DNA of 64,000 nucleotides from Phyllobates terribilis (taxonomy: Eukaryota): positions 27,838,001 to 27,902,000 of the forward strand of contig NW_027362774.1 in NCBI RefSeq assembly GCF_046119375.1. Direction: 5' to 3'. Under the pieces are notes generated by a model. That model was not told where the DNA came from, did not search any database, and worked only from the letters and a program-made list of their open reading frames with translations. The position numbers and the translations under genes are program-made. Positions 47,802 to 58,500 of this stretch are shown one piece after another. Numbering within the stretch: position 1 is the stretch's first letter; the number at the start of each line of letters is the position of its first letter.

Positions 47802-50800
47802 GTGAGAGGCCGGGGACTGCGGGGGCGGCGGAGCCCCGACACCTGACGTGTCACCATAGAGGACGAGGTCGTGTCCTGCCATGTCACCCCATACACTGCA
47901 GTACAGGACCCTGTGCCCCCTGTCCTGTGGATTATACCCTCCTGCCCCTCCCCCCTGTATGTTATATCCTGTGGATTATACCCTCCTGCCCCTCCCCCCT
48001 GTATGTTATATCCTGTGGATTATACCCTCCTGCTCCTCTCCCCTGTACATTATATCCTGTGTATTATACCCTCCTGGCCCTCCCCCCCTTTACGTTATAT
48101 CCTGTGTATACCCTCCTGCCCCTCCCCCCTGTACATTATATCCTGTGTATTATACCCTCCTGCCCCTCCCCCCTGTATATTATATCCTGTGGATTATACC
48201 CTCCTGCCCCTCCCCCCTGTACATTATATCCTGTGGATTATACCCTCCTGCCCCTCCCCCCCGTACGTTATATCCTGTGGATTGTACCCTCCTGCCCCTC
48301 CCCCCTGTATGTTATATCCTGTGGATTATGCCCTCCTGCCCCTCCCCCCTGTATGTTATATCCTGTGGATTATGCCCTCCTGCCCCTCCCCTCTGTATGT
48401 TATATCCTGTGGATTATACCCTCCTGCCCCTCCCCCCCTGTACGTTACGTCCTGTGTATACCCTCCTGCCCCTCCCCCCCTGTACGTTATATCCTGTGTA
48501 TACCCTCCTGCCCCTCCCCCCTGTACGTTATATCCTGTGTATTATACCCTCCTGCCCCTCCCCCCTGTACGTTATATCCTGTGTATTATACCCTCCTGCC
48601 CCTCCCCCCCTGTACGTTATATCCTGTGTATTATACCCTCCTGCTCCTCCCCCCGTACGTTATATCCTGTGTATTATACCCTCCTGCCCCCCCATACGTT
48701 ATATCGTGTGTATTATACCCTCCTGCCCCTCCCCCCTGTACGTTATATCGTGTGTATTATACCCTCCTGCCCCTCTACCCTGTACGTTATATCCTGTGTA
48801 TTATACCCTCCTGCCCCTCCCCCCCTGTATGTTATATCCTGTGTATTATACCCTCCTGCCCCTCCCCCCCTGTATGTTATATCCTGTGTATTATACCCTC
48901 CTGCCCCTCCCCCCCTGTACGTTATATCCTGTGTATTATACCCTCCTGCCCCTCCCCCCCTGTATGTTATATCTTGTGTATTAAACCCTCCTGCCCCTCC
49001 CCCCTGTACATTATATCCTGTGATATGTACAGGACTCAGCATTTCTGTTATTATATATTATCTTTATTATTTCTTCTGTATTTTCTATTCGTGAAGTAAG
49101 ATAAATAAGTGACGCGATACTTGGGGATCAAGACGGATGAGTTTGACCTCTCGAGGTGTGACGCGCGCGGGCCGGGCCTCGGATAAAACAATCTTGTTTG
49201 ACCCCTTTTTATGTTCCTATTGGTCATGACTCGGACGTTACATTTCCCTATATTTCTCTGTTTTGTGTCTGACAAGCTGCTCCTTGTTAATATCCGGTCC
49301 CGGGGAAGCAGGTGTCTCGTCTGCCGGGGCCCCGCACCTGTGCCATCACATGAATGACCCGCCGTGTCTCATTCATAAAGAATCCCTTGTCGGCGGTGGT
49401 CCACATTCCTGCTGCACGGCTCACTCGTCTGCTGACTTCTCCGTCATCTCCTGGTTATTATGTGGACTTCTTCCTGAACCTTCCTTTATTTCTATTATTT
49501 TTTTTTTTTCTTTTTTCAGAACACCGGTGCGTGGAGTCGGCGAAAATCCGAGCCAAATATCCGGACCGTGTTCCTGTAAGTTCTCCTCTTGTGATGTTTC
49601 CTGCGAGGGCTCATCCATTATTCAACGCTCGATTAGAGCTGTATATAGATTGCACTGGCTACAAGCAATAATTTCCCCTCTTATCTCCATGTACCAGAAC
49701 CTGTGCTTGAGATGCCATTAAGCCATAGTCTTAAAGGAGACTTGTCACTTGTCAATAATTTGTATTATTTTTACCCTGCTGTTCTCCTGAATCCGGTGCT
49801 GTTTTGCTTTTGTTCCTGCGACTCTCTGCTCCTGAATCCGGTGCTGTTTTGCTTTTGTTCCTGCGACTCTCTGCTCCTGAATCCGGTGCTGTTTTGCTTT
49901 TGTTCCTGCGACTCTCTGCTCCTGAATCCGGTGCTGTTTTGCTTTTGTTCCTGCGACTCTCTGCTCCTGAATCCGGTGCTGTTTTGCTTTTGTTCCTGCG
50001 ACTCTCTGCTCCTGAATCCGGTGCGGTTTTGCTTTTGTTCCTGCGACTCTCTGCTCCTGAATCCGGTGCTGTTTTGCTTTTGTTCCTGCGACTCTCTGCT
50101 CCTGAATCCGGTGCTGTTTTGCTTTTGTTCCTGCGACTCTCTGCTCCTGAATCCGGTGCTGTTTTGCTTTTGTTCCTGCGACTCTCTTCTTCTGAAATAT
50201 GGTCCCTGCTTCTTTGTATATAAATCTAGTCTTGTTAGCTAAATGGGTGTGATCCTCAACTCTTTGCTGTAGGTGACCTCTTTATGACCACACCCACTTG
50301 GTTAAGGACAAATTTACATACAGGAAAGAGGGGGCAATATCATATGTTTTCAGTAGGGAAAGAGGAGAAAGTCAGAGTCCTCTGACAACAGCTTATCGCC
50401 TGCAAAAATAAAAGTATCAGGAGCTTAAATTCCACCATCCCAACATCATCAGTCGGCCACCAGATCCCACCAAAATCAGTAGGATCGATCCACTTTCATG
50501 TCATGCGTATGGCCACCCCCTCACTTTTGCTGATCCTGTTATTCTTTCTGGAAATGTTCCCAATAAATATAGTTGTCCCTGTCTATATGGGACATATATT
50601 GGTTTGTTGATTAGATGCTACTCATCTCCATATATACAGTGATATCCCACAGTACTAATGTCTTGTGTACTTCCCAGGTCATCGTGGAGAAAGTATCTGG
50701 TTCACAAATTGTGGATATCGACAAGCGGAAATACCTGGTCCCCTCTGACATCACTGTGGCTCAGTTTATGTGGATCATCAGAAAACGCATTCAACTGCCT

Positions 50801-51292
50801 TCAGAAAAAGCCATCTTCCTGTTTGTAGACAAGACTGTGCCTCAGTCCAGGTGAGACGAGGATGACTTTGTCTTAAGATTTCCTCCAAGTGCCGTCCTGG
50901 CTGCACGGGAGACTGACTCTTAACACCTGACTCGTGCTGCGCGACGCGCGTCAGGGAGGGGGAGTGCACCACACAGCCCACTTCAGGGAGGGGTCATTCT
51001 GGCTATTAGTCAGACCCCAACAATCTAGCAAATGTCACTTGTCCTGTGGATGGGAGATAACGCGGAATATCCCTTTAAAGAGGAGGTTAGCAGATACTTT
51101 AACAAGCCGTGGCAATCAGTCTGTCACATATCAAGCCACTGATTGACTACGTTGAACGACAGGGTGGATCAGTAATTGTTTTTCTGTCTCTTTCCCTTCA
51201 GTCTAACTATGGGACAGCTGTACGAGAAAGAAAAAGACGAAGATGGCTTTTTGTACGTGGCATACAGCGGAGAGAACACGTTCGGCTTTTAG
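47768..51292 (+). CDS. GABARAPL2: GABA type A receptor-associated protein-like 2 (GATE-16, ATG8 family), 4 exons, 117 aa
   Basis: join 47768-47801, 49520-49575, 50678-50850, 51202-51292 = 354 nt: [117 protein letters not shown]; all GT-AG; C-terminal G-F ATG4 processing site. Confidence 0.98.
47905..49020. repeat. ~43-bp C-rich minisatellite in GABARAPL2 intron 1
   Basis: Unit gtattataccctcctgcccctccccctgtacgttatatcctgt. Confidence 0.95.
49520..49575 (+). CDS. GABARAPL2: GABARAPL2 exon 2
   Basis: long T-tract cag|AACACCGG...GTTCCT|gtaag. Confidence 0.96.
49731..50190. repeat. 45-bp tandem repeat (~9 units) following a TTAA-AGGAGA (T2-MITE/Kolobok-like) end in GABARAPL2 intron 2
   Basis: Unit ctgctcctgaatccggtgctgttttgcttttgttcctgcgactct; matching right TIR not found. 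Confidence 0.85.
50678..50850 (+). CDS. GABARAPL2: GABARAPL2 exon 3
   Basis: cccag|[10 protein letters not shown]...DKTVPQS-AG|gtgag. Confidence 0.97.
51202..51292 (+). CDS. GABARAPL2: GABARAPL2 exon 4 (to stop)
   Basis: ttcag|[33 protein letters not shown]. Confidence 0.97.
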
Positions 51293-51741
51293 ACACATTG
51301 ACGGCTTGTGAATCTTGTAAATAATGTTGGTTTTAACATGATGTGTAAGTCTCCATCCCGTAGGTTAGACGCATCTTAACTGGACGCCTTCTGTTTTTCT
51401 TTTCCACGTCTTGTCCTCCATCTTTGTCTAAAACTTTTTTTTTTCTTTTAACGTAATTTATTTTCGTGCTTTGTGAAGAACTCCCTTTACTGCCAAAGAG
51501 GCAGGAAGTTAGAAATCGGCGGCCGATTACTTTAGCAGTGAAGTGGTTAAGTAATAGTACTTAGGAAGAGGTGGGGTCAGGCGGCCGCACCAGTAGCATT
51601 CATCATATATATATATTTTTTGAGTTATGTTTACATCATTCTGCCATTTGCTGACCTTCGCTATAAGACACAGACTAGTAGTGATTGATATTGTAATCAG
51701 TAGTTACCGGTATGTAATATTCACCTTTACAAATTCCTGCA

Positions 51742-51747
51742 AATAAA
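51742..51747 (+). promoter_or_regulatory. Candidate polyadenylation signal of GABARAPL2
   Basis: AATAAA about 450 nt after the stop codon. Confidence 0.6.
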
Positions 51748-51928
51748 ACCATTCAGTCCATAACTTCTCGTTTTGTCACCAGTCCGATCACAGTAAGGGC
51801 TCATTCACACCACTGCATTTTACATCTCCAGATCCGAACTACAGACAGAGTTGGGATCAACCAAACATCGGTCACCGCTTTGCACTCTTTTTATGCTGCT
51901 GTCAATCTCTATGCCAATTCACCTCTTC

Positions 51929-52376
51929 CAAAAGTAAGACTGGCCCTGAACCCAGGGATTGGTAATCAGCACGTCCCCCCCCAAAAGTAAGACTGGCCCT
52001 GAACCCGGGGATTGGTAATCAGCATGCCCCCCCCCCAAAAAGTAAGACTGGCCCTGAACCCGGAGATTGGTAATCAGCATGCCCCCCCCCCCAAAAGTAA
52101 GACTGGCCCGAACCCAGGGATTGGTAGTCTTCCGTTAGGGTGGACGTGCCAATTACCAATCCCCGGGTTCAGTGCCAGTCTTACTATTGTAGGGGGGGGC
52201 GTGCTGATTACCAATCCCCGGGTTCAGTGCCAGTCTTACTATTGTAGGGGGGGCGTGCTGATTACCAATCCCCGGGTTCAGTGCCAGTCTTACTATTGTA
52301 GGGGGGGCGTGCTGATTACCAATCCCCGGGTTCAGTGCCAGTCTTACTTTGGGGGGGGGGGGGGCGTGCTGATTAC
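51929..52376. repeat. Inverted array of ~55-bp units between GABARAPL2 and ADAT1 3' ends
   Basis: About 4 forward units 51929-52126, ~26-nt spacer, about 4 reverse-complement units 52153-52376. Confidence 0.92.
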
Positions 52377-52404
52377 AGAGCAGCAGTGATTCCCACCGTC
52401 TGTC

Positions 52405-52531
52405 TCAGCTGAAGTGCAGGTAGTCGCGTGATGTCCGGATCCAGGAGGTAAAGCCCTGCTCTCGCAGCCGCCTCCAGGCCTCCTGGTAACACACGGCAGC
52501 TTCTTTGTAATCACAATATGTCTTCAATTCC
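52405..52531 (-). CDS. ADAT1: ADAT1 coding exon 10 (to stop)
   Basis: ttccag|(R)[41 protein letters not shown]. Confidence 0.93.
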
Positions 52532-55500
52532 CTGGAAGAGGAAAAGGATAAAATATTGTACAAGGTTTATATAAACCAGTGATTGGACCAGTAAGAGACC
52601 AATTAACCGTAACAACAAATTATTATGCAAAAAGTGTTTAGGAGTGATAAGGGAAGAATTTGTTTGTTTGTCAGTTAAACTCATTGATGGTGATGTGTGT
52701 CAGGGCTCTTTATATCACTGTAAGCAATTGCAGACACCTGTGCTAATTAGTTTGGCAGGTGTGTCCAATGAAAGGCAAGACTACTTAAGAAGGCTCTCTC
52801 ACATTATTAAGCAGCCTACATTTTCTGCCAAAATGGGAAAGAAAAAGGATGCGTCGGCTGCTGAGAAGCAACAAATTGTGGAGTGTTTAGGTCAAGGCCT
52901 GACTACAATCAACATTGCCAAGACACTTCATCCTGATCATCGCACAATCAAGAAGTATGTAGCTGATTCACAGTACACACGTGTGCGTGCTGATAAGGGA
53001 AAATTGAGGACTCTTTCCTACAGGCAATTACGTCAGGTTAAAAGAGCAGCGGCAAAAAAGCCTTGTCATAGCAGCAGACAAGTTTTTGAAGCTGCTGGTG
53101 CCTCCAACGTCCCCCGAACAACAAGATGCAGGGTCCTTCAAAGGTTTGCAGCTGTGCGTAAGCCATCCTGTCGACCTCCTCTATCCACTGCACACAAGCA
53201 GAAACGGCTCCAGTGGGTCAAACAATACATGAAGACTGACTTCAAAACTGTTTTATTCACGGATGAGGGCCGTGCAACGCTCGATGGTCCAGATGGATGG
53301 AGTGGAGGATGGCTGGTTGATGGACACCTCATGCAAACACGGCTACAGCGCCAACAAGGAGGAGGTGGAGTAATGTTTTGGGCTGGAATAATTGGGAGAC
53401 AGATTGTTGGCCCTTTTAGGATCCCTGAAGGGGTAAAGATGAAGTCCATAATGTATGTTGAGTTTCTCAAACAGCACTTCCTTCCATGGTTCAAGAAGAA
53501 GAACCGTGCATTCCGCAGCAAGATCATTTTCATGCATGATAATGCCCCGTCTCATGCTGCACATAACACATCTGCATCTCTGGCTGATATGGGCATAAAA
53601 GGGGACAAACTTATGGTGTGACCCCCATGCTCCCCTGACCTCAACCCCATTGAGAACCTCTGGAGCATCATCAAAAGGAGGCAGTTCACATCTAAGCAAC
53701 AGCTCTGGGAGGATATTCTGTCCTCATGCAAAACAATTGAAGCAGAAACCATCCAAAACCTGACAAATTCAATGGACGAGAGAGTTCAGAAGCTCCTTTC
53801 GAACAAGCGGTCCTATGTGAAAATGTAACATCACCTAGAATAAAGTTTTGAGTTGAAAGCTGTTTGATTTCAGTGTGTAATAACCTGCTAATGCTTATAA
53901 TTTCAAAAATGACCATTTTTTTGTTCTTTATTAAAATGAAAAGGTTGAAAACTCTCCTGTGCATAATAATTTGGAACATGTATTTTGAGTGCAGTTTGAG
54001 TGTTTTATTTTTTTAAAAATATACTGTTATCATAGGCAGTTTGTACAAAAACCTTTCAATTGTACTCTAATAGTTATTTGACTGGAAAATTACAATGACT
54101 GCAATTCATAGAGGTAATTTGGGAAAATCTGAGAAAATATTATTTGCATAATAATTTGGAACACAGTGTATAGATGTCTGGTATCTGTGTACTCGTACTG
54201 ACCCAGAGAATCAAAAAATAAAAAACCCAAAAGACAATTGTGCATTTTCCCCACATTTGGATTTTTTTCCCGTTTTCCAGTGCCCTATATGGTAAAATTA
54301 ATGGAGCCTTTCAAAATACAACTCGTCCTGCTAAAAGCAATCCCTCACACGGCCATATTGACAGAGATATAAAAAAAAAAAAAAGTTAATGCTCTGGGAA
54401 GAAAAAAACAAAAAATGTCCATGGTTGCGAAGTGTTTAAGACTCTGCTGAATTTGTAGCGACCTGACAGATGAAGAAACCTCAAGGTATTTTTGTTAAAA
54501 GCAAATATTCTCTATCCAACAAGGCAAAGACCTAATCGGAGAGACACAGCCAGGGTGTGAAGCGTTAGCACCGTCCTCGGCCTCCGTGGCTTGTTGGGCA
54601 ATTCCCACCCGAGAGCGAGTACATGCCGTATCGTGCACCCTCCCAAAAAAAAACAACAATCCAAAAATGTAAGATTGTGAAATTGGTGTTGTCCAAAACT
54701 GCATGTCCTTCCGAGCAACCTCAATGGCCTGGAGCTGAGACTAGAGAATGGCGTCACTATTTTATCAGTATGACGCCACATGGAGCAGAATATTAGGCCG
54801 CTATTTGCTCACGCGGCCGGATCGGCAGAAGTTAATGGTAACTGCACGGCTACGACCGAACTCGCCCTGAAGTTTTAGGGACTTTCAAGCTTCGACATTA
54901 ATGATTGCAAAGTTCCTTTTTCAAAACGGCGCACAAGGTAATGAAACATTTCACCCCATCACATGCATTGAAGTAAAACAAAATACATTTCCCAAATGTG
55001 GACAACCCCCTTTAAGATCTTTGCTTGCTGTCAGTGAATGAATCAGAAACTTGGAGGAGTGTTACAATCCCACGTCCTCCTGGCAATAGATGGTTCATTG
55101 CTAGAAAAGCCTGTGTAATGCCGACACCAGGGCCGGACCCCACTACGGACATTCGCCAGCTTTTCCTGGCACCGCCGCAGCCCTGACTTCTAGCCAAATC
55201 CTCAGTGCTCGGAAGACAAGAGACCGACTCATTTTTCCGCCGGGCCCTGTAATCTTCTTTACAAGGCGCTACGTGGGTGTCCGATCGCTCATCACACGCT
55301 GCAAAATTAAAGGGGGTCACTGGTCTTCTGCCGAAAAGTTCTACAACTTTCCAAAAACACTTTACGGCTCAGTTCCTCGCAGTTTGTAAGATCTCTGCTT
55401 GCTCCACGCAAGGTCTAATATTTCTCACATCTGAAGGTTTGCTATCAAAGTATCTAGTCTACATACCACGCTGCTTGTTTGTTACAATGTTTCAGTGCAG

Positions 55501-58500
55501 GTAAAATGTATCAGTCACCAAAACACGGATACACGTCTGATTTTGACCCGAATCGTGGATCGAACTTGTCAATGTAAGTCTATGGGTCCACTAAGAAAAA
55601 AACTCCGAGACTGCTCTGACCCCATCCAAACTCTATGGGTGGAACGGCTGTGAACAATGAAGACTTCTTCAGCGAATCCCAGTAGGGACTGACATCACAA
55701 GTCACAGAAATCCTTAATAGCAGGCAGCGGTCCCGGCCGTCACACCCTGTGAGAGCAGAGCTGCTAATCTGCGGAGCCTCGCTCCGTATTGGCGCAGAGC
55801 CGTCCTGCTTCTCCATTATGAGATATTCAGCTTTATCGATAACCCTCTGGCACCATCCACTGTACATTTACATCAGGCATGGTGCTAGGTAATCACCATA
55901 AACCTACAGCGCCCAACGCTGTCCGCAGACCCTGGGGGTCACTGATCACTTCAGTCTCACTAGTTTAACCTTTTAGATGCTGTTGCTGTGGTCAATAGTG
56001 ATTGCAGAATTTAATCTGTGGCACCAGAAACCTGGACACGTTCATTCAGCCTAAGGCAAGTTTCATATGTCCGACGTTCACGCTCCAAGTACGGGCAGAG
56101 ACGTCGCCAGAGGACGGCCGAGACGTCAGAGTGTGGACAGCAATGTCGTCACAGGACGGGCCGAGACGTCAGAGTGTGGACAGCGATGTCGTCAGAGGAC
56201 AGGCAGAGTCAGAGTGTGGACAGCAATGTCGTCAGAGGACAGGCAGAGTCAGAGTGTGGACAGCGATGTCGTCAGAGGACGGGCCGAGACGTCAGAGTGT
56301 GGACAGCGATGTCGTCAGAGGACGGGCCGAGACGTCAGAGTGTGGACAGCGATGTCGTCAGAGGACGGGCCGAGACGTCAGAGTGTGGACAGCGATGTCG
56401 TCAGAGGACAGGCAAAGTTAGAGTGTGGACAGCGATGTCGTCAGAGGACAGGCAGAGTCAGAGTGTGGACAGCGATGTCGTCAGAGGACAGGCAGAGTCA
56501 GAGTGTGGACAGCGATGTCGTCAGAGGACAGGCAGAGTCAGAGTGTGGACAGCGATGTCGTCAGAGGACAGGCAGAGTCAGAGTGTGGACGGCAATGTCG
56601 TCAGAGGACGGGCAGTGTCAGAGGGTGGACGGCGATGTCGTCAGAGGACGGGCAGTGTCAGAGGGTGGACAGCAATGTCGTCAGAGGACGGGCAGTGTCA
56701 GAGGGTGGACGGCGATGTCGTCAGAGGACGGGCAGAGTCAGAGTGTGGACAGCAATGTCGTCAGAGGACGGGCAGAGTCAGAGTGTGGACAGCAATGTCG
56801 TCAGAGGACGGGCAGAGTCAGAGTGTGGACAGCAATGTCGTCAGAGGACGGGCCGAGACGTCAGAGTGTGGACAGCAATGTCGTCAGAGGACGGGCAGTG
56901 TCAGAGGGTGGACAGCAATGTCGTCAGAGGACGGGCAGTGTCAGAGGGTGGACAGCAATGTCGTCAGAGGACGGGCAGTGTCAGAGGGTGGACGGCGATG
57001 TCGTCAGAGGACGGGCGGTGTCAGAGGGTGGACAGCGATGTCCAGAGCTGGACTGAACAGTGTCATAGGAAAGCATTAGGCTGCTGAGTTCGGGTCAGTA
57101 GTCCCATGGCCGGTCCGGACATCGTGGTCCATACGGACTAATGACCAGTTTATCGTCCTCGGATGTGTGATCCCTTTACCTGAGGGTCGCCGGGATCTGC
57201 TCCTCGGACAGATTCTCCACCAGATGACGGAACGTGTGAAACAATTCCACTTTACAGATTCGGGATCTGGAGAAAAACATAAATCACCTTCCATTACATT
57301 CCACATCTGACAGGAGTGCACACAGCTGGGGTATGGGACCCACTGCGGCCCCCACTAGCGGCATCGCTACCTGGACTGAGGCGCTCCAATTGCTTTCTTC
57401 GTCGTCCCTTGTCTGTAGCCATTAGCGGTGACATCTAGTGGCTGATGTGGAACAGCGCACCAACTAATCGCTGTGGAGGAAAGATTGGGGGCACCACGTT
57501 AATTCTACTCCATATCCGATACCAAAAAAAGGGGCAATAACCCAAAATAAGGAAAGTCATGTCTCTGTGGATGAATTTTTTTGATGTAGCAGAGCGGAGA
57601 TGGTCATTTCACCGTCATTGATGGTCATGGTCCATTTTTTAGCTGTAGTATCTGGTTGCTGTGCCCCTGATAATATTAGGGACCCTTTAGGGAGGTGCAC
57701 GTCTCTCGCCCTGGACTCACCTGCCCCGCAGGGACCCATCTTCCTTGCACCATCCGCCGTCCTCAGTGCGTCTCGTCCGTGCTGGAACTGTAGTTGTGAC
57801 TGCAGGATGTGCGGCTTGTGCACTCGGAATCCGTCCGGTAGATCCGAAACATTTTGACACCTGAAAAGCGAAAAAAAATGAAAATATCAGAAGTGTCAGC
57901 CGCTGCCTTACCCTGTATCTGATGAAGAATAGTGACCATGGAGTACCTACTGTGCAGAGCCCGCTCCATGGACCGCTGGCTGAACGAGCACCTGCCCACC
58001 ACCACCGAGGACAGATAGATGGGCAGCTGCAGAAAATGCATGAGTAGCGCCCCCTGGCAGCCCAGCACGTTCCAGCGAGCCATCTTATCGCTGCAGGACA
58101 TGGATATGGTGGGGTCTCCCCGGCCGGGCTTGACGCGGAGGACCCCCGCAGTGTGATAGTCCGGCCCTGGATCCCGCCGGTCCTGCACCTCCCCGGGAAC
58201 GCACTTTGCTCCGGTTCTAAACACATCAGGTGTAAAATCTGCACTTTCTTCCTTTTCCTTCAGCTCAGTTTTCCTCCCGGTTTCCTGGTCGGATCCATCT
58301 TGTCTCATTCTCTTAGCCGCAGGGGAATCACCAGCCGCCGGCTTCCTTTTATCGCCGGCAGTGATAGACGTGGGACAGAGCTGATCCTCTAGGGGAAGCA
58401 TGGGTATAATGGAGGCATCACCGCCTATAGGACCAATAGTGGTGTATTAGATGGCGGTCATACACGTATGTGTCTCCTATGTGGATCCACAGGAGTCAGC

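Noticed and set aside
47591-49099. 400-500 aa ORFs overlapping GABARAPL2 exon 1 and intron 1
   Set aside because: Repeat-derived read-through; the true exon ends at the consensus donor 47802.
54470-55870. Short ORFs (55012-55320, 55580-55867) as a nested gene in the last ADAT1 intron
   Set aside because: No recognisable protein and no consistent splice-site chain found.
56002-57087. ORFs of 140-350 aa with repeated [11 protein letters not shown]
   Set aside because: Minisatellite translation, antisense within an ADAT1 intron.
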